A DNA stretch of 64,000 nt from Octopus vulgaris (GCA_951406725.2 OX597816.1:112778001-112842000); one strand, 5' to 3'; positions 39,169 through 50,840 are shown, counted from the stretch's first letter. Notes: generated by a model from the sequence alone, not told the origin. Numbers and translations: made by a program.

Positions 39169-39671
39169 CAGTAATCCCTCACCATATCACGGTTCACCTA
39201 TCGCGTTTTATTATTTAAGCTTACGTTGATTCCTCCATGGTGTTGTTTTGCATTTATAATAAAATAAATGTATACATCATCATCATCATCATTTAACATC
39301 TGCTTTCCATGCTAGCATGGGTTAGACGATTTGACTGAGGACTGGCGAACCAGATGGCTGCGCCAGGCTCCAGTGTGATCTGGCAGAGTTTCTACAGCTG
39401 GATGCCCTTCCTAAAACCAACCACTCTGAGAGTGTAGTGGGTGCTTTTACGTGCCAGTCTGGCGGTACTGGTAACGGCCATGCTTGAAATGGTGTTTTTT
39501 TATGTGCCACATGCACAGGAGTCAGTCCAGCAGCACTGGCAACGACCTCACTCGAATGTTTTAAAAATAATAAAAGAAGATATACTGTACAGTACTGTTT
39601 CTACTTCACAGATTTTCACCTATCATGGGGTGTTATGGAACGTAACACCTGTGATAATTGAGGGATTATTG
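39169..39671. mobile_element. pogo/Tigger (MER2-like) MITE with a nested RTE tail (39275-39560)
   Basis: TA TSD. TIRs CAGTAATCCCTCACCATATCACGG and CCTGTGATAATTGAGGGATTATTG. Confidence 0.8.
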
Positions 39672-40030
39672 TATATATTATACATAAACTAGTCTGTTTC
39701 ATTGGTCTTACATTTTTTATGGTGGAATGGTTTTGATGAAGTTTTGTTTTATAACCTGATATCTTTTCTGCTGCTAACCATTACCTGCTTTTCAGATAAG
39801 GGGTCTTTAGGGTCATACAGCATCAAAGGCATTGAAGCAGTACATGATTTGTTGACAAGATAAATGATATCCACATCACTTGCAGTTTGTGATATTCCGA
39901 GAAGTGTAAATCTAAACAAACACACAGATACAGGTACACACACGCACATGCACGCACACACACACACACACACATTTGTACATACTTACGAATGAACGAA
40001 CAAACTGCACATATATATGCATACATACAA

Positions 40031-40135
40031 AATTACCCTGTTGATGTTGAAGTTCCAATGAAGGAGCTTTGGATCTAGGTTAGAAACTGACTCTTTATTG
40101 GCAAGAAAATCTTGAAATAAAACTGAATAATCCCA
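40031..40135 (+). mobile_element. Probable Penelope-like terminus with a hammerhead-like motif
   Basis: ttCCAATGAagg-agctt tggatct aggtt-aGAAACtgactc, flanked by simple repeats. Confidence 0.4.
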
Positions 40136-40145
40136 CACACACATA

Positions 40146-40385
40146 TCATCATCATCCTTTAACATTTGTTTTCCATGTTGGCATAGGTTGGGCAGTTTGA
40201 CAGAAGCTGGAGAGCTGTCCAGACTCTAATTGTCTAGTATGGCTTCTACAGGTAGATGCCATTTCTAATGCCAACCACTTAACAGACGGTGGTGGGTGCA
40301 TCTTACATGCTACAGACATTTTATGTGCTCCTTGCACGAGTGCTTTTTATGTGGCACAAGTGTATTTTATGTGACACCAGCACAT
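40146..40385 (-). mobile_element. RTE 3' tail fragment
   Basis: catcatcatcctttaacatttgttttccatgttggcat… matches the family. Confidence 0.75.
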
Positions 40386-40527
40386 GCATACGCACACACA
40401 CACACACACACACACACATGTATATAAGGTATTTTTCGATGCCTGGAATTGAACTTGGAATCTTGGAGTTAGTAGCCCGCACTCTTAACCATATGCCCAT
40501 GAGCAATTATGGAGTGAATTTTAGGGC

Positions 40528-40840
40528 TTATAAATCTAATATTTTCCTGTCCTTCCTTAATACCGGTTCCCATATGCTATTCATATCTGCACTCAGTCTG
40601 CTTAGGAGGTTGTTGTGTCCTAGCATATGTGCTGCTTCTTTTAGTTTTTGTATTTTCCAGTGGTGTTCTCTGTCTATTATTTTAACTTCATCCCACAGGG
40701 GGAGGTGGTCTCTATTTTTCCATACATGATCAGCTATACCTGATTTATCAATATCTCCCCGTGTCACAGCTTTGCGATATTCCTCTACCCTTATTTTGAG
40801 GAGGCGGCATGTTTTGCCTTTGTATAACCTACCACATGCT
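40528..40840 (-). pseudogene. Penelope-like element GIY-YIG endonuclease C-terminal fragment
   Basis: CGRLYKGKTCRLLKIRVEEYRKA…SGIADHVW…KIIDREHHWKIQKLKEAAHM matches the PLE pattern C..C...YIG.T.R.L..R..EH…S..A.H…E…R...E. Confidence 0.9.
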
Positions 40841-41040
40841 GCCCCCTCAAAATAACGGTAGAGGAACATTGCAAAGCTGTGACATGAGGAGATATTGACG
40901 AATCAGATATAGCTGATCATGTATGGAAAATTGGAGACCACCTCTCCCTGTGGGATGAAGATAAAATAATAGATAGAGAATGCCACTGGAAAATACGAAA
41001 AGTAAAAGAAGCAGCACATATGCCAGGACACAACAACTTC
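40834..41040 (+). mobile_element. Inverted duplicate of the GIY-YIG fragment
   Basis: Reverse complement of 40606-40812 with scattered substitutions. Confidence 0.92.
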
Positions 41041-41427
41041 ATATGTTATTTAATGATAGATTGGTTCAGCTCCAGGCACCTTCAAATTTTATAGGCTCAT
41101 CAAACAAACCTAATTCTTCAAGCTCATAGAAACTGATTGAGGTGAGTCCAAGATTGTTCCTGAATAATTGGTTGCTCAATATCCAGAAGTCTTCTTGGAT
41201 TTGCCTCATTCAGTTTCTATTCACCTCACAAGTTTGATGCATTTGACAAGCTTATAAAACTTTAAGTTACATATGTATATATGTATATGTAAGTGTATTT
41301 GTGCATGTGAGTGTGTGTGTGTAAGTCTGTTCTTCAAAGTGTTGCACATTGAAACTGAACATAAAACCAAATAGTTGCTAAGCAAGCTTCTTAACCACAT
41401 ATCCATGTCTATACCTTTACACATGCA

Positions 41428-41486
<59 letters not shown>

Positions 41487-42802
41487 GACTTAGGATATAA
41501 ATGTAGCACACTTGTAGCACAGGGATGGGGGAGTGTCATCAAATATCTTGAAAGACAGAAGTGACATCATGCCAAACATGAATTCATTAGTGTATTGTAA
41601 TAATTTGAAATATAAGAAAATATAAAGTGACAGATAATGTTGTTCTAGTTCCCTCTTTTCAGTTGTTTTGATTTCTCTATGGCATATGTTATAAATAATC
41701 ACTGTAAATATTCTGATCTCTATAGAATATTCTGTTACCAATTCAAATTTTCACCAGTGATGAATTAATCAGTAGTTAAGCATAAATCTATTTTGATAAA
41801 ATATCAGTTTCTCTGACCCCCCCCAGGTCAAGAGATATTTGAGATTTGTTTATTATGCAGATTGCAGAAAAGATTTAAGACAACCTTGTTTTACACAAGT
41901 GCCAAAGTTTATGAAAGTTTACTGATGATATCCATTGTTTTGTTTTGCTACCATCTATGCATTTTTCTGGTCTTTTACTTATCTACTTACTGACCTGTCT
42001 GTCTTTCTCCCTAACTGTCTGTCTGACTCTCTCTTTCTCCTTATATATTTCTTTTGTCATATTGTCTACTGCATATGTATGTGCTTTATTTATCTGCCTA
42101 ATAGTTTCTTTGTTTTATACTTTCTCTTTTTATTTGCCTCTATGTGCAATAAATATTAGTCTCTATAAGCCTCGGTACTAAAACATTTATTTATTTATCT
42201 ATATGTTTGTTTGTTTGTCCATCTGCCAGTTATCCCATAAAGTTATGTTTAGCATTTTTAATATAGTTATTGCAGCTAGGTATTACCTTTACTAATATAA
42301 GCCAGTTGTGGGGAGGCCTCCATGAAGCCTTTTGATCTACTAGAAGCAACAGCTGAATTTCCTCAAACAACACTCTATCGTCTTGAGAAAAGGGAATACT
42401 GAATAATATAGTCCATAGTTCAGTTTCCTACCAAAGAAGCAGTTTGGTCTTCGCATCGATGTCTTTGATGATCAGTCTGCTAAATCAAGGTTAATTGGAA
42501 GCTAAACAATAATCTCAACAATAACAGCTCATCAAATTCAATCCCATTGTTCTACAACTTGAGCAAATGTCTTCTACCATTAACTTCAGGTTGTGCAAAG
42601 CTTTGTGAGTAAAATTTCATAAATGAATCTATTAACTCATTTATCACTCTTATATTGGCCCTTGCATCCCTTTAGCAGAGTCCACTTTGTTGAAAAGATT
42701 CAGGCCAAGCTTCATCTTGTGATGAAAGTCTTGAAAGTGGGTCTTGGGTGCTGCTTCTCCTTTTTTTGAGTAAGTATAAAAATTGCATATATGTTGGATA
42801 TG

Positions 42803-43080
42803 AACATTGGGCTCACAATAATGAGGTAGTGAGTTTGATTCCCAGACTGGGCTGTGTGTTGTGTTTTTGAGCAAGAACTTTATTTCATGTTGCTCCAGTT
42901 CATTCAGCTGTAGAAATAAGTTGTGGTGTCACTGGTGCCAAGCTGTATTGGTTTTTGCCTTTCCTTTGAATAACATCAGTGGTGTGGAGAGGGGAGGCTG
43001 GTATGCATGGGTGACTGCTGGTCTTCCATAAACAACCTTGCCCAGACTTCTGCCTCGAAGGGTAACTTTCTAGGTGCATG
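42803..43080 (+). mobile_element. SINE-C (tRNA-derived), 5'-truncated
   Basis: Aligns with 59108-59446. Confidence 0.85.
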
Positions 43081-43269
43081 ACACATACACACACTATGCA
43101 TTCATTCATTTAACTCTGTTTTACTGTAATAACAAAGTCTTCATTTATGTTAATATCAAACATAATGTACAAAGATAAAATAAATTATATGAAAATAAAA
43201 TGGGAAATTAATCCTTTTTTTTAACTAGAACTTATAAAGGCTTTTATGTAGTTCCTTGAATAACAATAT

Positions 43270-43371
43270 AATAACCAATTAAGCAATTACTAGTAATTAG
43301 AAATAGCCAGTTAAGCAATTACTAGTAATTAAAAATAACCAATTAAGCAATTACTAGTAATTAGAAATAAC
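43270..43371. repeat. 32-bp minisatellite x3.2 with a palindromic core
   Basis: Unit AATAACCAATTAAGCAATTACTAGTAATTAGA starts at 43270, 43302, 43334 and 43366. Confidence 0.95.
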
Positions 43372-44204
43372 TGCTATTTTACTTGTTGAAATAATGATTT
43401 CTAATGTAGACAGAAAGCCTCAAATTTTGGGAGAAAATATAATTAATTAACATCACCCTTTGTTCCTGTCTGATACCTTTGTATACATTTCATTGACTCG
43501 AAAGGAGTGAAAAGCAAAGTTGACCTTAGCAGGGTTCAGGGTAACAATGTAAAGAGTCATAGTTGTATTCTTCAAAAGCACAAAAGCAGTACTGCAACAC
43601 TGGTTGGAGGATAGCGAGGAAGAAATATTGACTTGTAGGTTACAGCAGCAAGAAACGGCACATTTAGGATAAGTTACATTTACGTCAGCGTTCTGATCTG
43701 AATACTTGCTACAGAGTGAGCAGGCACTGCTAAAGGCATCCATTGGCCAGCTCAGGTACTGAAGTCAGTTCAATCACCTGTATTTTTCCATAAAAATATG
43801 TGATTTTGTGCCAAAAGTAATGAATTACAATTATGCAAATTCTCTGATAGCTGCAGTGTATAATAAAAATTTTAAAACAATATTAAATATCGCAACATTT
43901 TTATGTTAACAAAGCGTGAAGAGGCTGGTGTTATATAATATCACAGTAGAAATATGTAATTGTTGTTATGAATAAATTCTACTTAAACTTCAACATCTAT
44001 CATCATCATTTTACTTCCACTCTCCATATTGGCATAGGTTAGATAGATTGTTCAGTCTGAGTCATTTTTTTTTAATTGATAGCACACTGGTGCTCATACA
44101 TGTAATTTGGTTTGGTTTCTATGATTGAATTCCTTTCTTTTCACTAACAACTTTATGGAATGTACTGGAAATATTTTCTTATAGCATCAATACTATAGAT
44201 ATTA

Positions 44205-44421
44205 CGAGTAGGTGCTGAAAAGTTCCTGGTTATGGGTAAAAGAAAACACAGGAGGATCAGTTAATTATGATTTTATTCAACCTATTCTCCTCGCAGATTC
44301 ACATACTTATTGCAGTGGTCCTTTAGTTTTTCTCAGCCCTGTGAAAGAACTTGGAAAGTTGGACCTCCACACAATCCTTTCATGATGCCCTTAACATCAG
44401 GAACTTTTCATCACCCCCTCA
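44205..44421 (-). mobile_element. Mariner-derived MITE, copy 2
   Basis: Same TIRs and body as 32164-32381, with TA flanks. Confidence 0.9.
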
Positions 44422-45509
44422 TAAATAGACCCTTGTGAGGCAGAATTAAGGGGACCTCACGATCCTACATTTTCTCTCCTCATTTGCCCATCTCTTTACA
44501 ATGTGTCTACTGAGTGCCTTTTCAAGGCATCAGCACTAGAGAGGTAGCTGTGTTCACTGTTCACATGTAGAGGGAACAGGGTAGATTCCACCAAAGCATA
44601 GGAGGAAGGTTGCTTTGTACACATATATGCGGAGTATTCAGTAAGCTAAGCTATGTAGACTATAGAGGGAAAAAAAGGCGAGAGAGAGAGAGAGAGCAAG
44701 ACATCAGGAGGACCAGAATGAGTGTGATGGAGCAGTGTGTGTATGTGTATGTAACAAGTTATGAGACTGGGCTGTTAAATTAATTATTTTAATATCTAAA
44801 TTAACATCCTTGTAAATTATTTACCTTATACCAAAAGTAACTGTGCATAGGAACTAATTGGAACTGGTCAATTGACTTTGCTGAAACATAGTTAAGAAGT
44901 TTGCAGCCATCTTGAAAACAAGGGAATTTAAGGACAGTACCAAACATTGACCTGAAGGAAATCACTGTTTTATTTGTGTTAATGACATTCAGTTGTCTCC
45001 TTGGGACAATAATGAACAATGAGAAGCTAAAAAGATATTGGTCATTGCCAAAAAAGAAAAAAAAAACCAGTTTCACATCCCTATGTCAAGAATCTTTTGA
45101 ACACATTGTGAAATTCTTGATCAATTTCATACAGAAATTGATATTGTGAATCTCATAATCTTGGTCAAAGTGACCAAAGACGTGAAGATGAATTAATAGA
45201 AATCAGATGCATTGAAGGAAGATACTAGATATCCTATATATCAAGGCTGTTTGGAACCACTGCATTTGGGAAATATGTCACCTGATGCATGTGTGAAGTT
45301 GATACAACAATAGAGACAACTGCAGTAGATAATATTGCATTTCAACAGAATCAACATTACTCATGTAGTACAGCTTAACATTGCATATATCAATGTTCTA
45401 AATGATATAATAAATTTATTAATTTATTAGCCTGTAAATCATAATGATAAATAATAAATTTAATAAATTAATTTATTAACATAGAGATAATAAATTTTCT
45501 AAGGAATTG

Positions 45510-46135
45510 GCTTTTTTGGTGACCCAAAGAATTAGATTCATGAACCTGTACACATATGAATCAAGCTTATGTTAAACATATTGAATTGCAGCTTATCACA
45601 GTGAATTCTTTTACAAGACAGCTAGAGATTATTCGTGTACTTGATAGGAAGGGCCCAACTGTACTGTAAAACAGGTGTTATATGTAATTTTCTCTTGGAA
45701 CTGTGAGCCAAAGATTTTGATATCAGTCAACATCCTTGAATTTCATAATGATAATCAGTGTTTGGCTACAGAAAATAGATTAGCTACATTCCTTAAAGCA
45801 GCCCTTTATCACACACAGTCAAATGGAAATGCAGATTGAAGGTTCAAATGATGAAAACGGTGAGAGATATTTTCCTTACATGGAAAAAAGTTGAAGTACT
45901 TTTTGCCCTGTGAGTCATTTTTCTTCAGTAACTATGCTACAAAGTCCCATGTTAATTGACTGTTAGATTTCTCTTCATTCCATCATGTCCTGTTCTATAG
46001 ATGAGCAGATGTAGTATAAAAAAATAATGGTTTAATATTGGAAATTGTAAACTTAGTGATTTAAGCTGGCTACAACATTACTCTCATTACAATGAACAAG
46101 ACTAGAACTTTGGCTCATGCAGACCAAATCAGATG
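45510..46135 (+). pseudogene. Ty3/Gypsy integrase fossil (possible RNase H/Zn-finger remnants upstream to ~44930)
   Basis: S*TCTHMNQAYVKHIELQLITVNSFTRQLEIIRVLDRKGPTV / KQVLYVIFSWNCEPKILISVNILEF…LKAALYHTQSNGNAD…LAHADQIR corresponds to PW.R.H.D…VD.FS.WPE…IFSR.G.P..LVSDNGP.F…PYHPQSNG.AER…RH.DQLR. Confidence 0.85.
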
Positions 46136-47280
46136 TCGGTGTGGGCAACTTAAAATAAGTGAGAACGATGCAGTGGAGATAATGTCACTCCTGGTTTGAG
46201 AAGCATCCCTTTTGATAGTCATATGAATCAACAGGCTCAAATTTGTAGTGGAAGGATCCTTAAATTAACTTCATTTTTCAGAGTATTAAGCTCATATACT
46301 TTGAAGAGATGTAATGAAACAGGTGCTACGTAGTGTTAAAGTAGAAATATGAAACTGTTGTTTTGAATATACATGGCTCTAAACTTCAGTGTGTGTGTAC
46401 TTCTCATCCTATAGCATAAAGTTACCTCTCTTTTCACCATAGTTCCAATGTCAAAGGAGATCTTAGTCATGTAGGTTGCATGATGACCGCATTACTATTG
46501 GTACCATTAAAAGATCACTCATTACATGTTGTTTAGCGTTTGGCATTTGGAAGGAAATCTATCCATTGAAACTTTACAAAAGCAGGCATTGGGGCATGAT
46601 ACAGTCTTCAGACCCATCAGGTCCTGTCAACCTATCCAGCCCATAATTAAATGACAGGGGCTTCTTTCAGTTTCTATCCACTAAATCCACTCATAAAGAT
46701 TTTGTTGACCCAGGTCTATCGTAGAAGACCAAAATGCCATCTTATGGGACTGAACCTGAAATTATGTGGTTTATACACATGTGTGCATGCACACCTACAC
46801 ACACACAGCAAGTTATGAGACTGGGTAATTGGAAGTGGTCATGAAGACAAGAAAGCCAGTAGCTTGATAAATGAAAATGCCATTAGCTTACAACAGTTAA
46901 TGAGATTATTTTGATATACACTATATTGAACCTGTTTCTTATTTAAATGTTCTTTGTTGAACTGTTTATCATAATATCTAAATTCACATATTTGTGAATC
47001 ATTTCCATCACAACACAAAGCAAACTAAAATGAAACATCACTTACTTAACATTTAAATGACTTTTACATTGCAAATGTGTTGTCTTGTCATTTCTTTGAA
47101 TTTTTGAAGCAGTTCTTCATAAATTATTGCTACTTAGCACTGGGAGAGGCTGTGTACTAAGTAACAGGTTATATTATGTTTATATTTAATGCTTGTTTCA
47201 CTCACAAATTTTGAATTGATTTGACCTTATAAATATTTTCACATGGTTGTTTTTCTTTTTCTGCTGTTTCCTCTCTCTCT

Positions 47281-47311
47281 CTCACTCTCTATCTATCTAT
47301 CTCTATCTATC

Positions 47312-47385
<74 letters not shown>

Positions 47386-47405
47386 AATCTACCTATCTAT
47401 CTATC
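47281..47405. repeat. (CTAT)n (GATA-type) tetranucleotide microsatellite
   Basis: Direct read. Confidence 0.95.
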
Positions 47406-47998
47406 TTTCCCCCTCTTTCTCTCACCTTATGTATATATATATATATATATTCTCTCTCCTTATTTCTTTCTATTCTGTTTTCCTTTTATTTGTTATCCAC
47501 ACCTATTTAAAAGCTTTCTTGAAAGATTACTGCATGTATTTTAGCATTTTTGCCAATGTTTAAATGATGTTGCACTGATGATTATCTGTAAGAATCAGTA
47601 TTTGCTTCACACTCTTCGGAGAATAATTCTTTCTTAATATTTCCTCTTTGATGTTCACTTTTATTCAGATATATTCATTGTGCATTTAATTACTACTAAT
47701 TGTGTTAGTAACATTGTCAAGATTATAATTGTTTTCTACATTTATTAGCTTAAGGTTTCATATTATAAACCTTTTCTCATGTAGGTAACACAGTATATGT
47801 ATGTTCAGATTGATTTAATCATAAAAGATAACATTTCAGTTGTAGTATACTGTTAGCAGATAAGGTTTGCCAGGTAATATCTAAGAGTTAGTCTCATATT
47901 CTGTCCTTCAAATTCCTTATACCTTATCAAATAAGCTTTACTGAACCTACAAGAGAAGTTATTATGTGGTTATTCAACAGCTAAACATATCAAATTTA

Positions 47999-48425
47999 GG
48001 ATCTTTTAAGTTTGAACGGCAGTTTTTTCTAGCGGTGTCGTATGAAATTGTCACCCATAATTATTACCCTAGTATCAATCTATTGCATTTCAATCTGTTT
48101 TAGGGTTAGGGTTAGTTAGGGTTATGGGGTGGGGGGAGGGTATCTCTTTTTCTTCACAAATGTAAATAAACCCAATCTGTTCCTTAAACGAGGGACATAT
48201 TCATACGGCACAGAATGTTATTTACCTCAATAGACGTCACTGATTGGTTGAAATTGCAGAAATTGAAGAAAGAAAGCAACAAATATCTTACAAACTATAG
48301 AATTTTCTCAATAAAGCCAAGAGAAAAAGATGTTTTATAAGCACATTCTACCAGTATACGAAGTTTAAAATTTTTTAGTTACCTAGAAATTATGTTAAAA
48401 ACTGCCGTTCAAACCGAAAAGATCC
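47999..48425. mobile_element. Non-autonomous DNA transposon with ~28-bp TIRs and 9-bp TSD (Merlin- or MULE-like), with internal TTAGGG repeats
   Basis: TIRs GGATCTTTTAAGTTTGAACGGCAGTTTTT and AAAAACTGCCGTTCAAACCGAAAAGATCC. TCAAATTTA at 47990-47998 and 48426-48434. Confidence 0.9.
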
Positions 48426-48597
48426 TCAAATTTATATACCATACTCAAAACATTAAAGGCTGATGTACTGAATGCTGTAAGCAAAAAAATTTGTAATGGA
48501 AATTTCTCTTTTAAAGAAAACTACTACCTAATTGCAATTGTTGATGACTCTTAGAGAAAACAGGGAGATAATCTGAAGAAATTACAAATAAATTGTT

Positions 48598-48709
48598 CAT
48601 CATCATCATCGTTTAGCATCCGCTTTCCATGCTAGCATGGGTTGGACGGTTCAACTGGGGTCTGGGAAGCCAGAAGGCTGCACCAGGCCCAGTCTGATCT
48701 GGCAATGTT
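48598..48709 (-). mobile_element. RTE 3' end, well preserved
   Basis: catcatcatcgtttagcatccgctttccatgctagcatgggttggacgg. Confidence 0.8.
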
Positions 48710-49986
48710 ATCATTAAAAAAATAATATCCTATGGTCACATAGGATAATGTAAACCTGGATAAACTATGCATGACTAACAGATGGGATAGTCATTGCTGA
48801 AATGTCTTTGATCACATCTCTGTTTGATCAAGGCTGGCATGGAGCTAAATAACAACATTCAGAAGTTTTTTTGGCATTATTTAATGATGTGGGTATTAAA
48901 TATATTCTAGTAATAATAGTAAAAATAATTTCCTTACTACAACAACAACAACAATAATCCTTTCTTCTATAGATGCAATGCCTGAAATTTTTTTGTGGGA
49001 GGCAGTTGATTACATTGACCGTAGAGCTCAACTGGCACTTATTTCATTAACCCTAAAAGGTTGAAATGCTAAGTTAACCTTGGCAGAATTTGAACTGAGA
49101 ATGTAAAGACATGAAATGCCACCTAGCATTTTATCCAGCATGCTAACAATTCTGCTAGCTCACTGCCTTAACAACAACAATAATAATAATCCTTTCTACT
49201 AAAGGCACAAGGCTTGAAATTCTGGGGAAGGGGATTAGTCGATTACAATGATCCCAGTGCACAACCCCAAAAGGATGAAAGGCAAAGTTGTCCTCAGTGG
49301 AATTTGAACCCAGACCATAAGGATAGATGAAATACCACTAAGCATTTTGTCTGGCATTCTAACGATTCTGCCAGCTTGCTGCCTAACAATGATAATTATA
49401 TTAACAGTAATTGCTTCTAATGTAGGTACAAAGCTATGGATTTTGTGAAAAGTTAGTCAATTCAATCGTCATTATCATTTAATGTGTTTTCCATGCTAGC
49501 ATGGATTGCAGTTTGACAGGAGCTGTTAAGGTTGAGGGCTGCACCAGGTTCCATTGTCTGTTCTGCCATGCTTTTCCTAATGCCACTCACTTTTCAGAGT
49601 GTACTGGATGTATTTGACATGGCCTCAGCACAAGCACTTTTAACATGACACCAACACTGGTATCAATCCTGCTGTGGTGGATGGGCCTTCTTGAATACAG
49701 CAAGGTGCCAGATATCTTGGTCCTTTCTGAACCAACTTCAGTAATTGATAGGTACATTACATTATTGCACCTGGAAGGATGACTGGTAAAGTTGACCACT
49801 TGCATTTAAACTCAGATCTTAAAGAACCAGATCAAATATCACAAGATGTTTTATCCCAAGCTATAAAGATTCTGCCATTCCACTACACTTGATAATAGTA
49901 ACAATGATAATTGTTACTATCACCTCACAAAGTAAGAAGTTTTAAGGGGACGGGCTAGTTTATTAAATCACCTCCAGTACATCACT

Positions 49987-50840
49987 CGCGGTAATATAGA
50001 GGATCTTCGTCGATGCCTCCACCAAATTTGGAAGTGGTCTAACAATTGGGACCTGTGTCTGAACGTGTCAAAGTGCTGTCATCTGCCTGTCGGCTCTACT
50101 CCTGCAACTCAACTTGATTTCGAGCCGGGTCGTCTGCTGCTGGAGAGGACCGATCAGGTAAAGGACCTAGGTATCTTGGTGGATTCCTCCTTTTCGCCTT
50201 CGGCCCAGTGCGTCCATGCTGCCAACAAGGCACGCGGAATTCTGTTCTTGATTCAACGGTCATTCGGAATGCTCACAGCAGCCATATTCCTACCACTCTA
50301 TGTCACGCTGGTGAGACCCATATTGGAGTATGGGATTCAAGCCTCTTCTCCTTATCTCCTCAAAGACATACAGCATCTCGAAAGAGTCCAGAAGCTGGCT
50401 ACCCGCATGGTTCATGGTCTCAAAAATTTGTCCTACGAAGAAAGGCTGAGGACGCTCGACCTTTATTCTCTTGAAAAACGCCGCCGTCGTGGTGATCTCA
50501 TTCTCGCCCACAGCATCATAAGCGGAAAGTGTAACCTCTCGAAAGAGCTGTTCTTCACTCCTGCTCCAGAGCGTCGGCTGCAGGGTCATTCCGAAAAGCT
50601 CTACCTGCGACGATTTCATCTCAATCGAAGGAGAGGAGCTTTCTCCGTCCGGGTTGCGGATCCGTGGAACAAGCTGCCAGACGAGATGGTGAAGATGCCG
50701 ATGACCGCTTTGTTCAAAGCCTCCCTTGACCTCAAGTGGCCTGAACTCTTTACATGAACACCACCCTGTACTTAACTCCATGTCCCTCTACATGGCCTTG
50801 CTATTTGCTTTTGAGCCAAATTAACTAACTAACTAACTAA
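49987..50840 (+). mobile_element. CR1-clade LINE, 5'-truncated (RT C-terminus, 3' UTR and (TAAC)n tail)
   Basis: Stop-free frame 49987-50757 with W…W.L.LNVSKC, KDLGILVD, LYVTLVRPILEY, LERVQK.ATRMV, YEERL..L.LYSLE.RR.RGDLI and FSVRV..PWNKLP. Tail ttaactaactaactaactaa. Confidence 0.95.

Noticed and set aside
41095-41141. Coding exon (ttttatAG|…GAG|GTGAGT)
   Set aside because: Good splice signals, but stops in all three frames. It cannot be supported without RNA data.
48100-48121. True telomere or chromosome-fusion scar
   Set aside because: Only three TTAGGG units, lying inside a TIR/TSD-bounded element.
50290-50781. 163-aa minus-strand ORF (and the 88-aa ORF at 50208)
   Set aside because: Antisense or alternative-frame shadows of the GC-rich CR1 RT frame, with no motifs.
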